DNA of 64,000 nucleotides from a virus: the IMG/VR virus record IMGVR_UViG_3300007352_000013, positions 65,436-129,435 of that record; one strand, given 5' to 3'. Shown here one piece after another: positions 60,255 through 64,000 of the stretch. The notes under the pieces are model-generated. The model was not told the origin of the DNA. It saw only the letters and a list, made by a program, of their open reading frames with translations, and did not search any database. Positions within the stretch are counted from its first letter, which is position 1, and each line of letters starts with the position of its first letter. Both the position numbers and the translations under genes were made by a program.

Positions 60255-60357
60255 GTTTACACCCGTTCCGTCGTATATTTACATCTTCTATATAAAACCA
60301 AACCATACAACCAACAAATGCTATTATAAATGGAGAAAAACATAATATAACATCCAT
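60229..60357 (-). CDS. Single-TM peptide (42 aa)
   Basis: MDVILCFSPFIIAFVGCMVWFY...; TAATG coupling; not in the track. Confidence 0.4.
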   Translation of the reverse strand: MDVILCFSPFIIAFVGCMVWFYIEDVNIRRNGCKHENNCSKP

Positions 60358-60563
60358 TACTTCATACCTCTTTTATCGGCGTTTAAAACATTATCTGTAT
60401 AACAATTGTCTTTTTTAACATTCTCTACAATAGGAAATATTTCTATGTCATGCTTAGAAACATAACCATAATCTTCTAAAGATCTAAATTCTGCAATTAT
60501 AGATTCACCATTTTGTAATTTTTCTATTTGTTCTTTTGTTAAATATAAAGTATCATATACCAT
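60357..60563 (-). CDS. Hypothetical protein
   Basis: ATG at 60563 with GGA upstream. Confidence 0.45.
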   Translation of the reverse strand: MVYDTLYLTKEQIEKLQNGESIIAEFRSLEDYGYVSKHDIEIFPIVENVKKDNCYTDNVLNADKRGMK

Positions 60564-60573
60564 AAATCGTTTC

Positions 60574-60939
60574 CTATATCCACAAATCTTTAAAATATTT
60601 ACCAAATAAATTAAAACCTTTTTGAACTCTTTTATAATCTATCTCCTGAATATCTTCATCCCATTGCCTTACTTCGCAGTCAAATGCATAAATCATATGA
60701 TCCAATATATTTTTCCATTTTTGCATAGTTAAACCATGAGGGTGGCAAAAAGTAGTTTCTTTAAAAAGTTTCAATCTTGGTAATATAAATTTAGCCATAG
60801 TATAATCAAGATTAAAAATATCTATACTTTTAAATCCATATTTTCGTCTAAAGTTTAATTCTCTAAATAATTTTTTAAGTTTGCTAAAAAACATAGTAAC
60901 AATACATATTGGACAAAATTGTTCTTCACAATATTTCAT
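60574..60939 (-). CDS. Hypothetical phage protein
   Basis: DIFNLDYT.A..ILPRL..FK...HP...W..IL..M..AF...GF.LFG.YF.DLW; GGAG SD. Confidence 0.65.
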   Translation of the reverse strand: MKYCEEQFCPICIVTMFFSKLKKLFRELNFRRKYGFKSIDIFNLDYTMAKFILPRLKLFKETTFCHPHGLTMQKWKNILDHMIYAFDCEVRQWDEDIQEIDYKRVQKGFNLFGKYFKDLWI

Positions 60940-60956
60940 AAAATCTCCAAAAAAAA

Positions 60957-61023
60957 TAGGGCTAAAGGCGGTTTTAGATTCACGACTAGAAAGGAGGTGA
61001 TTTTTATCTGCTCAGTAGCCCCA
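60957..61023 (-). ncRNA. Candidate anti-Shine-Dalgarno hairpin RNA (16S 3'-end mimic)
   Basis: Contains AUCACCUCCUUUCUA (60987-61001) closed by UGGGGCUA/UAGCCCUA and followed by U8. Confidence 0.5.
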
Positions 61024-61029
61024 TACATA

Positions 61030-61785
61030 TTATACGTTCGGCTCTAATTTTTGTTCTTGATGAGGACAGATTCCGTTATTTTTAGCACGACCGCAGTTAC
61101 AATTATAGCAGGCTACTTGAAACATGTTTTCTGGAAAATTATTATTTATTATCCATCTACATATTTCTTTGTTAATATCTTTTCTATGTTTATAGCCATC
61201 ATTATTTATATGATCAATTGTTAAGAATTTAATTTTTGTTTCACCACAACAAAAGCATTTTCCACCATAATGGTTTATAACTCTTTCTTTTTGTGATCTT
61301 CTTGATTTATAACCATTTTTACTATTGATATCTTTACATACAGAACATAGAGTCCCATCTATATCTTTTTCACTACCACAATGAGTGCATAAATTTAAAA
61401 TTTTTAATTCATCATATTTTTTCTTATCTTTGGACTTCATATATTTTTGACATTCATTACAATGCACAGAATCCGTTTCTTTAGAGCCGCCACACCTTAC
61501 GCAAATGTTTGATTCTTGCCTTTCTGTATATAAAGATTTGTTGTATTTATTAGAATATTGGGCAGCTTTTTTACCACAAAATTCACAACTTTTCATACCG
61601 TCTCTTGCTGGTTTTCCGCAACGTAAACATGAATTATTATTTCTTAATTTTTCTCTTCTTTTTTCGCTTTTAGTTTTAGATTTATCTAAATGATATTGAC
61701 ATAAGCTTCTTCCTTCTACAACTTTAACTCCGCATCTAATACAAAGACCAGCCAATCTTCTTGCTTCTATAGTTTCTTTTTTCAT
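61030..61785 (-). CDS. Zn-finger-repeat protein with C-terminal HNH-like nuclease
   Basis: Four CxxCG...CxxC/H repeats, then CFCCG, LTIDHINNDG and CYNCN. Confidence 0.7.
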   Translation of the reverse strand: MKKETIEARRLAGLCIRCGVKVVEGRSLCQYHLDKSKTKSEKRREKLRNNNSCLRCGKPARDGMKSCEFCGKKAAQYSNKYNKSLYTERQESNICVRCGGSKETDSVHCNECQKYMKSKDKKKYDELKILNLCTHCGSEKDIDGTLCSVCKDINSKNGYKSRRSQKERVINHYGGKCFCCGETKIKFLTIDHINNDGYKHRKDINKEICRWIINNNFPENMFQVACYNCNCGRAKNNGICPHQEQKLEPNV

Positions 61786-61837
61786 AGCATCACCGCTTTA
61801 TTATACTATAGAAGTTTAGTTTTGTTCCAATTAAAAT

Positions 61838-61865
61838 AAAAAAAGCTAAGATTTCTCTTAGCTTT
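61838..61865 (-). terminator. Intrinsic terminator after the tail tube gene
   Basis: AAAGCUAAG-AGAAAU-CUUAGCUUU followed by a U-tract. Confidence 0.7.
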
Positions 61866-61893
61866 CCTTATTTATTATGTTTTACTTTATATT

Positions 61894-62925
61894 TTACAGA
61901 CCTGCGGGGTCTTGATCTTGAGTGACAGTTAAAGAATTAAAGTTTGAATAATTGTAAGAAACTTGAACATTGCCGCCCGTCGCATCTCCACCACCATAAG
62001 TTACACTTGATAACTTATTTCTTGTTCCAAGATTAAATTTTGTACTATCGTTTAGATAAATTACTATTTGTTGATCGGTAAGATTAGTTCCTCCTGGCGG
62101 ATCAGCTAAAGCATCTACTAAATCGCCTTCGCTTGATGTAACGTTTATAGCACAAGTAACTTCAACCGGGAAGGTAACAAACCTATGATATGGCCCACGA
62201 CGACCCAACTCAAATAATTCATCTCTACCCAAATCTGTAGAAATAGTTACCGTTTGAATATGTGCATTGAATACACCATTTACATCAAGATTAAATCCGC
62301 TTGGATCAATACCAGGAATATCTAGCGGCCAAATACTTCCACTAGCTCCAGAACCCATTATAACGTCTTCTCGTCTTTGAACACCACTAGCAGCGAACGG
62401 AGAATCTGTACCATCAAATCCTACTGGTGTAAATCCATTACCACTTGCATACCATACTTTATCATTACCAACTAATGTAATATCTTCGGTGCAGTTTCCA
62501 TCTATATTAAGTGTGTATGTTAAAGACGAAACATACATACCGGACATACCAACCATTTGCAATGGTGTACCGGAAGCGTTATCGAAAGTATCGGGATAAA
62601 TGTTTAATGCTACATAGCATCGTTCATTTGAACGTCCAACAAGAGTTGGTGATACAGCCAAAGGCGTAGCAAGATGATATAGCAAAGGATACCCGTCAAG
62701 AACCTTTTGCGCTGTAAGTTCTATAGCGGGAATACCTTCTATATTCTCGTAAAGTTCCAATTGACCAAGTTCGAATACCTGTTCCAAATTGAATGTAGTA
62801 TTTATACTTACACTCTGAACACCATGAACGGTATTAAAACCAGAAGGAGCGCCTCCAGAAGCCGAAACATCATGCGGTGCTATACCCAAACCTTGAATTG
62901 CGTAAAATATGCGATTATTTGCCAT
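61894..62925 (-). CDS. Major tail tube protein
   Basis: GVQSVSINTTFNLEQVFELGQ and RDELFELGRRGPY two-lobed repeat; own promoter box and terminator; elevated GC. Confidence 0.7.
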   Translation of the reverse strand: MANNRIFYAIQGLGIAPHDVSASGGAPSGFNTVHGVQSVSINTTFNLEQVFELGQLELYENIEGIPAIELTAQKVLDGYPLLYHLATPLAVSPTLVGRSNERCYVALNIYPDTFDNASGTPLQMVGMSGMYVSSLTYTLNIDGNCTEDITLVGNDKVWYASGNGFTPVGFDGTDSPFAASGVQRREDVIMGSGASGSIWPLDIPGIDPSGFNLDVNGVFNAHIQTVTISTDLGRDELFELGRRGPYHRFVTFPVEVTCAINVTSSEGDLVDALADPPGGTNLTDQQIVIYLNDSTKFNLGTRNKLSSVTYGGGDATGGNVQVSYNYSNFNSLTVTQDQDPAGL

Positions 62926-62995
62926 TATTTAACTCCATTAAATTTACCGTAAAATACCTTATCCAATATAATTTATACACAAAATTATACGGTAT

Positions 62996-63928
62996 TTATA
63001 TGCCTCCAAAATCAATTTCTACTTTATATTTTACAATAGCCCTAAAAAGCTTTGTATTTAAGGAATTCAATTTTTTACACGACCCCTCAAGTATTCTTAA
63101 TTTTTTATAAGGATACTGATCCATCAAATCAATCCAATTGGTTGCTCCCAATACAATATCGCCATATTGGTCAAATGGTAATTGAATATTATTAAGATCA
63201 AACATTATAAAAGCAGAACGATTATTATAATCTAACCAATCCATTAAAAGATTTCTATCATAAGAATTATCAGCAAAAATATGTAATGTTATTATTCTTG
63301 TTTTTATTTGACCACCACCAAGCTGTAATCCACGACCATCACCAGAATCAACTGATATAAAAATTGATGGAAGCCATATTTGATGATCTTTTGATGGTGT
63401 ACCCGATGGAACGGTATCTGTTAGAAATTCTTCAACCGAATTCAACATAAGAGTTTGAAATTCTTCAGAATCGGCAAATCCAACATAAACAGATCTAGAT
63501 GTATATTCAGTCCTAATATCATCGTCGGGATTTTGACTTTCTTCAAATATAATTCTTCCATGTCTATAATCTGTATGATGTCTATACTGTCCTACATCAG
63601 AGGATGGGATAAAAGTTCCATTAACATACACGCCGGATACCCTGAATGGAACAATCCCACCACTCATTGGTGTTACGCCAGATTCCCAAACCCATTCTCT
63701 ACCAACACCATTCCATACACAGTTTATAGGATATCTTTCATCTACAACCGGATAAAGTTTGGATTCATTTTCAGCAAAATAACTATCCTGATCATATAAA
63801 TACAAATTATATCCACCATGATGAAGTAATCCCCAATCTATCCATGCTTTTATATTATATAATAATTGATCAGTTAATTCGTAACCGCCATAACCACCAA
63901 CACCAATTCCTTTTAAAGTAAGTGACAT
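62996..63928 (-). CDS. Tail completion/terminator-like structural protein
   Basis: Upstream of the tail tube; LPSIFI, GLQLGGG and LHIFA motifs. Confidence 0.5.
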   Translation of the reverse strand: MSLTLKGIGVGGYGGYELTDQLLYNIKAWIDWGLLHHGGYNLYLYDQDSYFAENESKLYPVVDERYPINCVWNGVGREWVWESGVTPMSGGIVPFRVSGVYVNGTFIPSSDVGQYRHHTDYRHGRIIFEESQNPDDDIRTEYTSRSVYVGFADSEEFQTLMLNSVEEFLTDTVPSGTPSKDHQIWLPSIFISVDSGDGRGLQLGGGQIKTRIITLHIFADNSYDRNLLMDWLDYNNRSAFIMFDLNNIQLPFDQYGDIVLGATNWIDLMDQYPYKKLRILEGSCKKLNSLNTKLFRAIVKYKVEIDFGGI

Positions 63929-63999
63929 TATATTATCCTCTCTATTAATATTTCTGCTGCTCTTTGAGCTACATTTGGTTGTCCTATTGCAAATTCAAT
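63928..63999 (-). CDS. C-terminus of an upstream structural gene (partial)
   Basis: IEFAIGQPNVAQRAAEILIERII*, TAATG-coupled to 63928. Confidence 0.45.
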   Translation of the reverse strand: MEFAIGQPNVAQRAAEILIERII

Positions 64000-64000
64000 G

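Noticed and set aside
61009-61085. Small + strand peptide after the strong SD (CTG start, ~25 aa)
   Set aside because: Needs a rare CTG start, lies antisense to the Zn-finger gene, and does not look like a type I toxin.
421-63799. Many short antisense ORFs in the track (e.g. 421-621, 6800-7126, 51832-52461, 54403-54798)
   Set aside because: They lie opposite well-supported genes and have shadow-frame composition (Ser/Leu/Phe/Ile-rich).
1-64000. CRISPR array, tRNA or rRNA genes
   Set aside because: No regularly spaced repeats or cloverleafs were seen. The 16S-like match is only 15 nt, not an rRNA gene.
1-64000. Stop-codon reassignment
   Set aside because: Conserved genes are full length in code 11, and TGA/TAG serve as real stops (ATGA overlaps, ssb TAG).

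Overview
AT-rich fragment of a large tailed dsDNA phage genome, read in standard genetic code 11. Left arm (+ strand, 1-37725): end of a ribonucleotide reductase, a bacterial-type replication/recombination module (RNase H, RecA, DnaB, DnaG-like primase, dNMP kinase, two PD-(D/E)XK nucleases, SSB) and a DNA polymerase III alpha (DnaE) split into two separate genes about 13.7 kb apart. The gap holds two HNH endonucleases and a dense glycan-building island: GT-A and GT11-like glycosyltransferases, two sulfotransferases, Gmd, a DegT aminotransferase, a WbuC cupin, three SAM methyltransferases and a C5 DNA methyltransferase. Three GT-B glycosyltransferases follow ssb. Right arm (mostly - strand, 37730-64000): tail module (terminator-like protein, tail tube, chaperone-like proteins, 1586-aa tape measure, baseplate/fibre-like proteins), interrupted by a ~4.8 kb island of small accessory genes (HPRT, HNH, lipoprotein, Zn-finger-repeat HNH). 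That island contains two candidate structured RNAs, one displaying a perfect 15-nt copy of the 16S rRNA 3' anti-Shine-Dalgarno tail. A recurring GTGTATAA box precedes structural genes. Three ORFs labelled + in the supplied track (37730-39093) are actually on the - strand. No tRNA, rRNA, CRISPR array or intein was recognised. All family assignments come from motif recognition by eye, not database searches.
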